Shown: positions 19,026 to 28,974 of the stretch, one piece after another
Layout of the letters: each line of letters starts with the position of its first letter
Position numbering within the stretch: position 1 is the stretch's first letter
NCBI GenBank assembly: GCA_034520945.1
Contig: JAXHNB010000001.1
Location: 128,001-192,000 of the forward strand
Direction of reading: 5' to 3'
DNA length: 64,000 nt
Origin: Trueperaceae bacterium
Lineage (GTDB): Bacteria > Deinococcota > Deinococci > Deinococcales > Trueperaceae
Program-made: the position numbers and the translations under genes
The notes under the pieces: generated by a model
Seen by the model: only the letters and a program-made list of their open reading frames with translations
Database searches by the model: none
Told to the model about the DNA's origin: nothing

Positions 19026-20585
19026 TCAGTCGGTGGCCAGGTTCTCCCAGTACTGGTACTGCGCGTACATGGCGAGGAACACCGGGTCGATCTGGTCGGG
19101 GCGGTAGACGTACACGCTGGCGCCGTTGGTGACCCAGATGGCGCTCACGTCCTCGTCGATGATCTGCTGCAGCTGCACGTACAGCTCGGCCCGCTCTTGG
19201 GGGTCGGCCGTGCGCGAGGCCTGCGCGTGGATCTCGTCGTACTCCTCGTTGCACCAGCCCCAGTAGTTCCACTGGCCCATCTGGTCGCACTTGAACCACT
19301 CGAACCAGTAGCCCGGGTCGATGATGGCGGAGAAGCTGGCGTAGTGCAGGCCGGGCGTGTTGTTCTCACTGACCGTCACGTACATGTCCTGCACGATGTC
19401 GATCTCGGCCTCGATCCCGACGCGGCGCAGCTGCTGCTGCACGATGGTGGCGGACTGCTGGTGCACCGTCACGTTGTCGGTGCTGATCGTCGTCGAGAAG
19501 CCGTCCGGGTAGCCGGCCTCGGCCAGCAGTTCGCGGGCGCGCTCCAGGTCGGGCTCGTAGCGCGGGGCGTCCTCCCAGTGGCCCAGGATCGACGGTGCCA
19601 GCATGGTGTCGGCCCGGTTCGGCACGCCGTTGTAGGCGCCCTGCAGGATCTCGTCCACGTCGACGGCGTAGCGCACCGCTTCGCGCACGCGCACGTCGTC
19701 GAACGGCTCGTGACGCTGGTTGAAGCCGAGCCAGTGGTAGCGCAGCGTGTCCAGCACCTCGACCGCGACGCCTTCCTGGTCGTCGTAGCGATCCAGCGAC
19801 TCGAGCGAGATCTCGGTCGCGTCCAGCTCGCGCGTGTCGAACGAGAACTCCGCGATCTGCGCGTCGGTGATCGGCTCGACCACGATGCGCTCGAAGTCCG
19901 GCGCTTCGCCGAAGTACTCACTGAAGCGCTCCAGCACGATCTCCTGGTTGGGGTTCCAGTCGGACCACACGTACGGGCCCGAGCCGACCGGCTGGGTGGC
20001 GATGGCCTCGCCGCGGTCCTCGAACGCCGCCTGGCTGAGGATGCTGCCGGGCGTCCAGGGGAGGGTCGCGGTCAGGAGCGGCGCGTACGCCTCGTCCAGA
20101 ATGATGCGCCCGCTGTAGCGTCCGGTGACCTCGACGCGGTCCAGGGTGCCCCAGTCGCTGGCGTAGGGCGAATCCAGATCCTCGTCGAGATAGCGCTCGT
20201 ACGAGAACTTGACGTCCTCGGCGGTCATCTCGCCGTAGCCGTGATGGAACTGGATCCCCTCACGGAGCTTGAACTCGACCACCGTGCCATCGTCGCTGAT
20301 CTCGAACTCCTCGGCGGCGTCCAGCACGTACTCCGGTTCGCCGGGGGCGTAGCGGATCAGCTTGCTGAACACGATCTGGTCCAGGTTGTACTCTTCGTTG
20401 CCCGAGTAGAAGGCGGGGTCCATCGTTTCGATGTCGGCGCCGCTTCGGGCCCGGACGGTCAGCGTGTCGTCGGCCTGGGCGAATGCGCCGGACAGGGCCA
20501 GCGCCAGCAGCAGCAACAAGGCGACGGCCAGAGGGCGTGTGGGTGAGATGGCGGACGTGTGTCTAGCGTGATGTTCGCTGTTCAC
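19026..20585 (-). CDS. Peptide ABC substrate-binding protein (family 5)
   Basis: LREGIQFHHG, PVGSGPY, DVRVREAVRYAVD; AAGGAGG before GTG 20585. Confidence 0.92.
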   Translation of the reverse strand: MNSEHHARHTSAISPTRPLAVALLLLLALALSGAFAQADDTLTVRARSGADIETMDPAFYSGNEEYNLDQIVFSKLIRYAPGEPEYVLDAAEEFEISDDGTVVEFKLREGIQFHHGYGEMTAEDVKFSYERYLDEDLDSPYASDWGTLDRVEVTGRYSGRIILDEAYAPLLTATLPWTPGSILSQAAFEDRGEAIATQPVGSGPYVWSDWNPNQEIVLERFSEYFGEAPDFERIVVEPITDAQIAEFSFDTRELDATEISLESLDRYDDQEGVAVEVLDTLRYHWLGFNQRHEPFDDVRVREAVRYAVDVDEILQGAYNGVPNRADTMLAPSILGHWEDAPRYEPDLERARELLAEAGYPDGFSTTISTDNVTVHQQSATIVQQQLRRVGIEAEIDIVQDMYVTVSENNTPGLHYASFSAIIDPGYWFEWFKCDQMGQWNYWGWCNEEYDEIHAQASRTADPQERAELYVQLQQIIDEDVSAIWVTNGASVYVYRPDQIDPVFLAMYAQYQYWENLATD

Positions 20586-20627
20586 GAATGCCTCCTTCAA
20601 GGCGAGAACTTGTAAGGTCCGGCAACC

Positions 20628-20633
20628 ATTATA
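20628..20633 (-). promoter_or_regulatory. Consensus -10 box (internal promoter for the transporter)
   Basis: TATAAT on the minus strand about 40 nt upstream of the binding-protein start, in GC-rich DNA. Confidence 0.6.
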
Positions 20634-20668
20634 CACGCCGGTCCTCATGCAGCCGGCGCAGCGCCGGA

Positions 20669-22702
20669 TCACACGTGGTCGCGGGCGATGCTGCGCCTCC
20701 AGGTTCGCGAGGCGACGCGGGTCTCGCCCTCGTACGCCTCGAGCTCGGCGTAGCTGTGGAACGCCTCCTCGTCGGACGTCAGGCGGGTGTAGGCGCTGAT
20801 GCGCGTCTCCCACGCCCCCCGGCGCATGGTCGCGACCTGCGTCATCTCGGCGTGCGCCGTGCCGGGATCATCGCCGTCGTTGGCGTAGCGCTCCAACGAA
20901 TGGAAGCGGGTCTCCAGGTCGATCTCCTCGATGCGGACCGTGCCGGTGTCGCGCACCACCTCGTGCACCGCGCCGTCGTTGGCGACGTCGCGCACCACGC
21001 GGCGCTCGTTGGCCGCGGGCGTCAGTTGCGTCGCCCCGAGCGGCGGTGCGCCGTCGGCCGGCATCGCCACCGCCACCTGCTCGTCCGCGGCGCGGGGGGC
21101 GCGCACCGGCAGCTGCAGGCTGGAGGCGGCGGCGTGCACGCCCAACGTCGCCGGCCGCGGCGACGGCCAGGACAGCGGCCAGTAGTCGCTGGACAACGCC
21201 AAGCGAATCCGGTGCCCCGCCGGGAACGCCTGCGCGACGTGCTTCAGGTCCACGCGCACGCGGTATGTCCGGCCCGGCTCCAACGGAGTCGGCGCCTCGT
21301 GCCCGTCGTGGTGGGTGAGGTTGAGGAGCCCGTAGGTGACGCGGGTCGCCACCCCGCCCTCGTCGACGTCCAGCAGCCGCACGGCCAGCTGCGCCACCGG
21401 CTGGTCGCTCTCGATCTCCAGCTCCAGCTCCGGGGCACCCAGAATCTCGAGACGTTCCGTCAGGGGCGGGGTGTCGAACGTCAACGAGGCGCCGTCGGCC
21501 GCCTCCTGCCGACCGGGCAGGTCCGGTTCGGTCGCGTAGGGGAACCAGCGGCCGGCCTCCTGCCCCACGCCCATGGGGCTGCGGATGCGAAGCGGGTCCT
21601 CGCCCACGGCGTCGCCGGTGTCGCCGCCCTCGCTGCGCTTCAGCGCGCCGGACGCCAGCGCGTAACGGACCGGCGTCACGCCGGGCCCGGGCCAGGTCTC
21701 CTCGCCCACCCACCGGCCGGGGCGGTGCTCGTACTGTGCGGCCGGCGGGGCGGGCTCCTGCATCCAGGCGCGCACCATCGGCTCGTCCATGATGCCGGTG
21801 TCGATCCCCTTCAACCACTGGTCCCAGAACCGCAACGCCTCCGTGAGGTAGCCCACCGCCGGCCCGGGATCGCCGGTGTTGGGGTGCGTGTGGCTCCACG
21901 GCCCCACCAGGCCCAGGCGCGGCACCTCGAGGTTCTCCAGCAGCCGGAACACGGCACGGGTGTAGCCGTCGGCCCACCCGCCGATGGTGAACACGGGGCA
22001 CTGGATGGCGCCGTAGTCCTCGCACACCGAGCCGTGCTTCCAGAAGTCGTCGCGGCGCTGGTGCGCCAACCACTCCTCCAGCCAGAAGCCCGCGCCGTTC
22101 AGGCGCTCCAGCCACGCCTCGCGCCAGCCGTCCCCGACCGTGGCCGGGTCGGGCGGCAGCGCGTCGTTCGACAGCATGCTGGACGCCCACACGAAGTTTT
22201 CGACCAGGTTGCAGCCCCCCATGTAGTGGATGTCGTCCTCGTAGCGGTCGTCGGTCGAGCAGATGGTGATGATCGCCTTCAGCTCGGGCGGGGCCAGCGC
22301 GGCCATCTGCAGGCCGTTGAAGCCGCCCCAGGAGATGCCCACCATGCCGACGTTGCCGTCGCACCACGGCTGCGCCGCGATCCAACGCAGGATCTCCAGC
22401 CCGTCCTGCTGCTCGAGAGGAAGGTACTCGTCCTCCAGCACGCCGGTCGCGTCGCCCGTGCCCCGCATGTCGACCCGCACGCTGGCGTAGCCGTGCTCCG
22501 CGAACCACGGGTGATTGCGGGTGTCCCGCTCGCGCGTGCCGTCCCGGCGGCGGTACGGCAGGTACTCCAAGATGGCGGGCACCGGCTCGGCCTCGGCGTC
22601 TGCGGGCATCCACACCCGCGCCGCCAGCCGCGCCCCGTCGGACATCTCGATCCAGAGGTGCTCGTGTTCCTTTACCGTGCGTGGTTGCGTGTCACTGGCC
22701 AT
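20669..22702 (-). CDS. CocE/NonD-family serine hydrolase (peptidase S15 fold)
   Basis: LEYLPYRRRD, GMVGISWGG, STDDRYEDDIHY, GGWADGY, GPWSH, PepX_C-type C-terminal domain. Confidence 0.93.
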   Translation of the reverse strand: MASDTQPRTVKEHEHLWIEMSDGARLAARVWMPADAEAEPVPAILEYLPYRRRDGTRERDTRNHPWFAEHGYASVRVDMRGTGDATGVLEDEYLPLEQQDGLEILRWIAAQPWCDGNVGMVGISWGGFNGLQMAALAPPELKAIITICSTDDRYEDDIHYMGGCNLVENFVWASSMLSNDALPPDPATVGDGWREAWLERLNGAGFWLEEWLAHQRRDDFWKHGSVCEDYGAIQCPVFTIGGWADGYTRAVFRLLENLEVPRLGLVGPWSHTHPNTGDPGPAVGYLTEALRFWDQWLKGIDTGIMDEPMVRAWMQEPAPPAAQYEHRPGRWVGEETWPGPGVTPVRYALASGALKRSEGGDTGDAVGEDPLRIRSPMGVGQEAGRWFPYATEPDLPGRQEAADGASLTFDTPPLTERLEILGAPELELEIESDQPVAQLAVRLLDVDEGGVATRVTYGLLNLTHHDGHEAPTPLEPGRTYRVRVDLKHVAQAFPAGHRIRLALSSDYWPLSWPSPRPATLGVHAAASSLQLPVRAPRAADEQVAVAMPADGAPPLGATQLTPAANERRVVRDVANDGAVHEVVRDTGTVRIEEIDLETRFHSLERYANDGDDPGTAHAEMTQVATMRRGAWETRISAYTRLTSDEEAFHSYAELEAYEGETRVASRTWRRSIARDHV

Positions 22703-22822
22703 GATGCCTCGTTTCTCGTCGTCGAATCGTCAGGGGACGGTCGCCGTCCCTTCGTGTAGGAAATCGCAGGGCGGCGACCGCTCGGGCCGCGCACCTCACG
22801 TCGGGGATGCGTGCCGCGCGTC

Positions 22823-24889
22823 TCACATCAGCGTGCGGGGGATGGAACGGTCCCAGCGCCGCGTGAAGAACGGCCGGCCGTTCAGGGTCACCTCCAGCTC
22901 GATGCCGACGTGAAACGCGCGCGTGTCCCCGCGCATGTCGGCGCGCGCCACGGTGCGGATCTCGTGCCCGAAATCGTTCAGCACGATGGTGTTGCTGCCC
23001 CGCACGCGCGCCCCGGCGGGATCGTCCGGCGCGACGCGCCCCTCCACCTCCTTCGACAGCCGCAGCACCGTCTCGCGGATCAGGGAGGAGAGCCCCTGCT
23101 CCTTGGCGACCTCCACGATCGAGGCGTCGTCCAACCGGTCCCGCGTCACCCGCCAGGCGTCGGCGCCGGCCTTGGACTCCACGACGGGCGTCAACGCTTC
23201 CGGGCGCGCTACCTGCAGCGTCTCGCCGCCGTCCCGGACGCGCGGCAGCCACACCTTTGCGCCCTGCGGCCCGCCCCAGTGCAGCTGGTGCCGCGCGGGG
23301 TACGGCGTGGGCCAAACGTTGGGCCAATCCGCGCCGGCGAACGCCAGGCGGATGCGGTGGCCGGCCCGGAACCGCCACGCGGTGGCGTCCAGCGGCACCC
23401 GCAGCCGGTACACCCGGCCGGGCGTCAACGCCTCCGGATCGCTCATCGAATCGCGGCGCGTGGCGTTCAGGTAGCCCTTGGACACCAGCACCGAGGTGCC
23501 GTACGGATCGACGTCCTCCAAACGGACCGCCAGCCCCGCCACCTCCGCGTCCGAAGCGAAGCCCACCTCGACGAAGCCCCGCCCGATGATCTCGAGCGGC
23601 GCCTCCAGGGCGGCGGCGTCGTAGGTCACGGACCGGCCGTCGTCGTCGCCCTGCGCGACCGGCGTGGCCCAGCACCAGATGCCGCCGGTCGTGCCGACCG
23701 TGGGGTCGTACGCGAAGGCGTCGATGCCCTCCCGCGCGACCGGCTCGGGGGCGAGCCGCCCGCCGTCGTCGAGGTGCAGTTCGAAGCCGGCCGGATCGGC
23801 GGGCAGCGAGGCGTCGCCGCGCCAGCGGCCGGGCCAATCGCCCGGAATGGCGGACGGGGGGCCGTGCTCCTGCACGTACACCCGCAAGGGCGGCTCGTCC
23901 ATCACCCCGTTGTCGACGCCCTTCAGCCAGTGGTCGTAGAAGCGGACCGCCTCCTCGAAGAAGTCCGCCTGCGGGCCGGGGAAGCTCTCGTGCGGGAGCG
24001 TGTGCGTCCACGGTCCGACCCACGCCTTCTTGGGCGCCTCCAGGTGTTCGTAGGTGCGCAACGGGGCGTTGGGGTAGCCGTCGCGCCAGCCGCCGATCAG
24101 GAAGGTGGCGCACTCGATCGCGCCGTAGTCCCGGTTCAGGGAGCCGTTGGCCCAGTACGCGCCGTCGGTCTGGTGCTCCAGCCAGGGGAGCACCCACGGT
24201 TCCTGCCGCTCCAACCGCGCGCGCCAGGTCTCGAGCCACGGCCCCTCGACCGCGTCGGGGTGCGGGGGCAGCGCGTTCAGCGCCACCATCATTAGCGGGT
24301 AGTCGCTCCAGGTGTACAGCCCGCGCACGCTGCCGCCCTTGAAGTGGCACTCCTCCTCGTAGCGGTCGTCGGTGAACATGACCGGCACGATCGCCTTCAG
24401 GGCCGGCGGGCGGTGCATCGCCACCTGCAGCGCGTTGAACCCGCCGTAGGAGATGCCCCACATGCCGACGTTGCCGTTGCACCATGGCTGCGCCGCCAGC
24501 CAGGCGATGGCGTCGCAGCCGTCGAGCTGCTCGGTGACGGTGTACTCGTCGTTCAGCACGTCCTCGGAGGAGCCGGTGCCGCGCACGTCCAGGCGGCAGC
24601 CCACGTAGCCGCGACGGGCCAACTCGGCCTGCAGGTTCTGACGCGCGTGCGAACGGTCGTCCTTGCGGTAGGGCAGGTACTCCAGCACCACCGGGTAACG
24701 CCCCTCGGCCTCCGGCATGTACAGATCGGCGGAGAGGTGCACCCCGTCGCGCATGGGGATGCGGACGTGCCGGCGCAGTCGGACCCCCTCGAGCGCGGCC
24801 TCGCCCTCGTCGGGGGGTGCGCCGGATCCGGCGCCTTCGCCGGCGGGCATCGTGGGGTCGGGAACGGGCGTATCGCCGTCGGGGCACAT
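22823..24889 (-). CDS. CocE/NonD-family serine hydrolase (paralog)
   Basis: IPMRDGVHLSADLY, LEYLPYRKDD, GMWGISYGG, GGWRDGY, GPWTH; AAGGAGG before ATG 24889. Confidence 0.93.
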   Translation of the reverse strand: MCPDGDTPVPDPTMPAGEGAGSGAPPDEGEAALEGVRLRRHVRIPMRDGVHLSADLYMPEAEGRYPVVLEYLPYRKDDRSHARQNLQAELARRGYVGCRLDVRGTGSSEDVLNDEYTVTEQLDGCDAIAWLAAQPWCNGNVGMWGISYGGFNALQVAMHRPPALKAIVPVMFTDDRYEEECHFKGGSVRGLYTWSDYPLMMVALNALPPHPDAVEGPWLETWRARLERQEPWVLPWLEHQTDGAYWANGSLNRDYGAIECATFLIGGWRDGYPNAPLRTYEHLEAPKKAWVGPWTHTLPHESFPGPQADFFEEAVRFYDHWLKGVDNGVMDEPPLRVYVQEHGPPSAIPGDWPGRWRGDASLPADPAGFELHLDDGGRLAPEPVAREGIDAFAYDPTVGTTGGIWCWATPVAQGDDDGRSVTYDAAALEAPLEIIGRGFVEVGFASDAEVAGLAVRLEDVDPYGTSVLVSKGYLNATRRDSMSDPEALTPGRVYRLRVPLDATAWRFRAGHRIRLAFAGADWPNVWPTPYPARHQLHWGGPQGAKVWLPRVRDGGETLQVARPEALTPVVESKAGADAWRVTRDRLDDASIVEVAKEQGLSSLIRETVLRLSKEVEGRVAPDDPAGARVRGSNTIVLNDFGHEIRTVARADMRGDTRAFHVGIELEVTLNGRPFFTRRWDRSIPRTLM

Positions 24890-25093
24890 GGGCTTCCTCC
24901 TTGGTGAACGGGGGTGTGGCGCGGCCACGGGCTGCGCGCCGGATCGGTGCCGGCCGTGACGCGCGGGACCGGGCGCAGAATCGCCGGGAGGCTACCACGG
25001 GGCCGCGGGGTCGTCCGCCCCGGGTGTGCCCCCGTCACGCCGGGGCGCGGTGCCGCGGGCGCGCGCGCCGTTCCCCTGTACGAACGCGCCAAG

Positions 25094-25111
25094 CTGCATA
25101 CTTGCATGCAG
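25094..25111. promoter_or_regulatory. Candidate operator (inverted repeat) upstream of the CocE operon
   Basis: CTGCAT-ACTTGC-ATGCAG; extended -10 TGGTAGCCT at 24989-24997 (minus). Confidence 0.45.
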
Positions 25112-25189
25112 GTCGTGCAACTGGGGTCGTACGTGGCGGGAACGCCGTTCAGGACGGGGTCGCGGGCCGAGGCGACCGTGGGCTCGGGT

Positions 25190-27271
25190 CTAGGCGACCG
25201 CCAGCGCCTCCCGACGGTGGCGCATCAAGTTGACGATGAACACCAGGACGATGGCGGCCAGCCCGGCGACCTCGATCGGCAGCGAGGGCCAGAAGATCGC
25301 GACGGTCCCCGCGCTGGCGATCAGGCGCGAGGGAAGGAGCATCCGCGTGAACATGAACCCTTCCAGGGCGGCGGCGAAGGCGCCCAGGGCGGCGAAGGCG
25401 GTCAGGATGCTCCAGCCCACCACCAGCCAGGGCCCGCCCAGGATGATTTCGGGGTTGAACACCATGAACAGGGGGATCAAGTAGAGGCCCTTGGCGAACT
25501 TCCAGGCCGCGAAGCCGGTCCGCATCGGGTTGGAGCCGGCGATCGCCGCGCCTGCGAAGGCGGCCAGGGCGACGGGCGGCGTCACGTTCGAATCCTGGGA
25601 GTACCAGAACACCAGCAGGTGCGCGATGATCAGCGGGATCCCGAACTCCTGCGTCAGGGCCGGCCCGGTCAGCACGATCAGCACGATGTAGCTGGCCGTG
25701 ACCGGCAGGCCCATGCCGAGGATCAGGCTGGCCACCATCACCAGGACCAGGGCGGCGATGATGTTGCCGCCCGAGAACGACAGCATCAACGAGGAAAACT
25801 TCAGCCCCAGGCCGGTCAGGCCCACCACCCCCACCACGATGCCGGCCACGGCGCATGCGACCGAGACGGGGATGGCGTTGCGGGCCCCGATCTCCAGCGC
25901 TTCGATCGTCTTGACTAGGCCGCGCGCCGCGGCCCGGCCCCAGCCCTCCTCGGGTCGCACCTCGGGGGCGGTGAGCGTCTCGGCGGCGACGGTGTCGGGG
26001 ACACCTGCTTCGACCGCGACGATCGACGTCTTGTGGGGGACCGGCGCGTGACCGAGCCACAGGCGGCGCACGATGTAGCGCGCCAGGCTGACGGCGAGGA
26101 TGCCTACGATGGAGATGAAGCCGACGCGGGCCGGCGAGATGTTCTGCAGCAAGAAGTAGACCAGCACCACGATCGGCACCAGGAACTGCCAGCCGCGGGC
26201 GAACACCTCGCGGATCTTCGGGAGCTCGGCCTCGGTCATGCCGCGCATGCCGCGTTTGGCGGCGATGATGTCGACGAACAGGTACACGGTGGCGAAGTAG
26301 AGGATGGCCGGCAGGACCGAGATCTTGACGATCTCGACGTAGGGGATGCGGGTGTACTCGGCGATGAGGAAGGCGCCCGCCCCCATGATGGGCGGCATCA
26401 CCTGTCCGCCGGTGGAGGCGGCCGCCTCCACCCCGGCCGCCTCCTCGGGCTCGTAGCCGAGCTTCTTCATCAACGGGATGGTGAACGCGCCGGTGGTGAC
26501 GACGTTGGCGATGGCGCTGCCCGAGATCGAGCCCATCATCCCGGACGCGATCACCGAGGCTTTGGCGGGCCCGCCCCGCTGGCGCCCGGCGGCGGCGTAG
26601 GCCAGATCGATGAAGAACTGGCCGGCGCCGGTGATCTCCAGGAAGGCGCCGAACAGTACGAAGATGTACACGAAGGTGGCGGCGACGCCCAGGGGGAGGC
26701 CGTAGATGCCTTCCTGGCCGAGGTACAGCTGCGACACGATGCGCCCGACGTCGTAGCCGCGGTGCTCCAGGATGCCGGGCAGCGCGAACATCGACAGCAG
26801 GCCGCGCGGCCCGACCATGGCGTAGCCGATGAAGACCAGCCCGATGATCGCGATGGTCGGGCCGATGACCCGGCGCGACGCCTCCAGCACGACCAGCGTC
26901 GCCAGGATGCCCATGCGGATGTCGGTGTCGGTCCAGAAGCCGGCGCGGTCGATGATGGCGTCCAGCCCCAGCACCAGGTACGCGCCGGTGCCCACGGCGG
27001 CGGCGAGGAACGCCAGGTCGACGGGCCAGCGGATCCAGGCCCGCTTGGCGGCGGGGAACAGCAGGAACGCCAGCACCAGGATCAGCGTCAGGTGGATGCC
27101 ACGCTGGTAGAACAGGTTCAGCGTCTGGACGCCCGAGGTGTACAACTGGAACAGCGACAGCGTGATGCCGGTGAGGGCCACCACGGCCGCCACGATCTTC
27201 TCGGTGCTGCCGACCCGCGGCGAGGCGACGTTCTTGGCGGCGTTCTCCTCGCCGCGCGGGGGGCGCGTCAC
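25190..27271 (-). CDS. TRAP transporter fused 4TM/12TM permease
   Basis: GGPAKASV, ISGSAIANVVTTG, EAAASTGGQVMPPIMGAGAF, GMGLPVTASY, TPPVALAAF. Confidence 0.95.
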   Translation of the reverse strand: MTRPPRGEENAAKNVASPRVGSTEKIVAAVVALTGITLSLFQLYTSGVQTLNLFYQRGIHLTLILVLAFLLFPAAKRAWIRWPVDLAFLAAAVGTGAYLVLGLDAIIDRAGFWTDTDIRMGILATLVVLEASRRVIGPTIAIIGLVFIGYAMVGPRGLLSMFALPGILEHRGYDVGRIVSQLYLGQEGIYGLPLGVAATFVYIFVLFGAFLEITGAGQFFIDLAYAAAGRQRGGPAKASVIASGMMGSISGSAIANVVTTGAFTIPLMKKLGYEPEEAAGVEAAASTGGQVMPPIMGAGAFLIAEYTRIPYVEIVKISVLPAILYFATVYLFVDIIAAKRGMRGMTEAELPKIREVFARGWQFLVPIVVLVYFLLQNISPARVGFISIVGILAVSLARYIVRRLWLGHAPVPHKTSIVAVEAGVPDTVAAETLTAPEVRPEEGWGRAAARGLVKTIEALEIGARNAIPVSVACAVAGIVVGVVGLTGLGLKFSSLMLSFSGGNIIAALVLVMVASLILGMGLPVTASYIVLIVLTGPALTQEFGIPLIIAHLLVFWYSQDSNVTPPVALAAFAGAAIAGSNPMRTGFAAWKFAKGLYLIPLFMVFNPEIILGGPWLVVGWSILTAFAALGAFAAALEGFMFTRMLLPSRLIASAGTVAIFWPSLPIEVAGLAAIVLVFIVNLMRHRREALAVA

Positions 27272-27801
27272 GGGGTCACCACCGCGATGCGGACCCGCTG
27301 GCCGGCAACCATGTCGGACAGGTCTAGCCGCGCGTCAGGGTGGACCAGCGTGTGCGCCACCTCCGGAGAGCCGACGCGCAGCCAGTAGGCGTTGCCGGGC
27401 ACGGGCTCGTCCAGGCCCAAGATCCAGTAGCCGTGCGCGTCGTCGCTCCGGACGCGGCCGCGTCCGGGAATATGGCCCAGGCCGGCGTCGAAGGAGGGGG
27501 TATGGCTGTGCGTCAGCGTCATCGTGCCGTCCTCGAGGGCGTAGAAATCGCGCACCCGTACGCCCGTGACCGAGTGACGCCAGGACAGGTACCAGGTCGC
27601 ATGGTGCGCCAGCGAAATGCGGGCCAGCTCGTGCCCAGCCGCGTCGGACACGACGAGATAGGGGTCCGGGTCGTGCGCGGGCGGACCGGACTGCGCGAGC
27701 GTGGCGGGGGCCAGCAGCGCGCAGCAGAGGATCGTCAAATAGGCCAGCGTGAGGGGAGAGGCCCGAACGGGCCCCTCCCTACTGGATCGCGTGGGGTCCA
27801 C
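27268..27801 (-). CDS. DUF1850-family TAXI-TRAP-associated protein
   Basis: WRHSV..SFDAGLG motif; located between the TAXI receptor and permease genes. Confidence 0.8.
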   Translation of the reverse strand: MDPTRSSREGPVRASPLTLAYLTILCCALLAPATLAQSGPPAHDPDPYLVVSDAAGHELARISLAHHATWYLSWRHSVTGVRVRDFYALEDGTMTLTHSHTPSFDAGLGHIPGRGRVRSDDAHGYWILGLDEPVPGNAYWLRVGSPEVAHTLVHPDARLDLSDMVAGQRVRIAVVTP

Positions 27802-27818
27802 GGATCCGTCGCGTCCGC

Positions 27819-28802
27819 TTACTCCGGCGGCAGGAGCCGCTCGGGAACCTCGTACCCCTGGTCCTGGTAGTAGGACACCGCGCCGCGGTGCAGCGGGATC
27901 GGCGAGGCCGACAGCGCCAGTTCGGGGGTGGTGTCGTTGGCCGAGGGGTGGACGGCGATGACGTCGTCGATGTTCGAGTACAACGCGTCCAGGAAGTCGT
28001 AGGCGAGCTCAGGGTCCATTTCGGCGGCGACCAGGATCACGTTGGGGGTGCCGATGGTCTGGACGTCCTCGTCCACGCCGGGGTAGGTGCCGGCCGAGAT
28101 GGTGTAGGGCGCGAACACGTCGCTGGCGCCGAGTGCGTTCTCCAACTCGTCGCCCTCCAGCGACACGATCGAGATGTCGCGCGTGCTGGCCAGGTCGAGG
28201 ATCGAGCTGGTGGGCGGGCCGACCGACCAGAAGCCGGCGTCGATGTCGCCGTCGCGCAGCGCCGCGGCGGTCTCGTTGAAGTTGAGGCGCTGCTCATCGA
28301 AGTCGTCGTAGGTGACGCCGTTGGCTTCGAGGATGGAGACGGCGGACACTTCGGTGCCGCTGCCGGGGGCGCCGGTGGACACGCGCTTGCCGACCAGGTC
28401 GGCCAGCGTTTCGATGCCGGAGCCTTCCAGGGTGACCAACTGCACGGCGTTGGGGTAGGCGACGCCCAGGGCGCGCAGGTTGGGCAGCTGCGGCGGCTGG
28501 CCGTCGCCGCCGAAGTTCACGGTGCCGGTGTAGGCCTGGTACACGGTGTCGGCCAACGCCAGCGCGATGTCGCTGTCGCCGCGGGCGATCAGCCCCGAGT
28601 TCTCGACCGATGCGCCGGTCACTTCGGCGGCCGCGGTGTAGCCGTCGAGATACTCGTTCACGATTTCGGCGTAGGCGCCGCCGGTCGGGTAGTACACCCC
28701 GCCGGTGCCGCCGGTGGCGATCGATAGGCTCTGTTGCCCCAGCGCGATGCCGAGCGCGAACAGCGTGGTGGCCAAGGTGGCCATGAACGTGCGAATACGC
28801 AT
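27819..28802 (-). CDS. TAXI-family TRAP solute receptor
   Basis: IATGGTGGVYYP, TGASVEN, GAPGSGTE, PLHRGA; GAGGAGG RBS. Confidence 0.95.
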   Translation of the reverse strand: MRIRTFMATLATTLFALGIALGQQSLSIATGGTGGVYYPTGGAYAEIVNEYLDGYTAAAEVTGASVENSGLIARGDSDIALALADTVYQAYTGTVNFGGDGQPPQLPNLRALGVAYPNAVQLVTLEGSGIETLADLVGKRVSTGAPGSGTEVSAVSILEANGVTYDDFDEQRLNFNETAAALRDGDIDAGFWSVGPPTSSILDLASTRDISIVSLEGDELENALGASDVFAPYTISAGTYPGVDEDVQTIGTPNVILVAAEMDPELAYDFLDALYSNIDDVIAVHPSANDTTPELALSASPIPLHRGAVSYYQDQGYEVPERLLPPE

Positions 28803-28974
28803 GGATATCGCCTCCTCATTGAGTTCGTGCGTACGGTGCGATGATAAACGTGCGACCGGCAGGGGGAGGCTGGGTACGCCTCTTTGCACGACAACACCCA
28901 GGGACACAGCGCGCCGGGGGCGCAGCACGCGAGGCGCAACGCGCCGCGGGGGTCGCGGTGGTAGAACGGGACCG

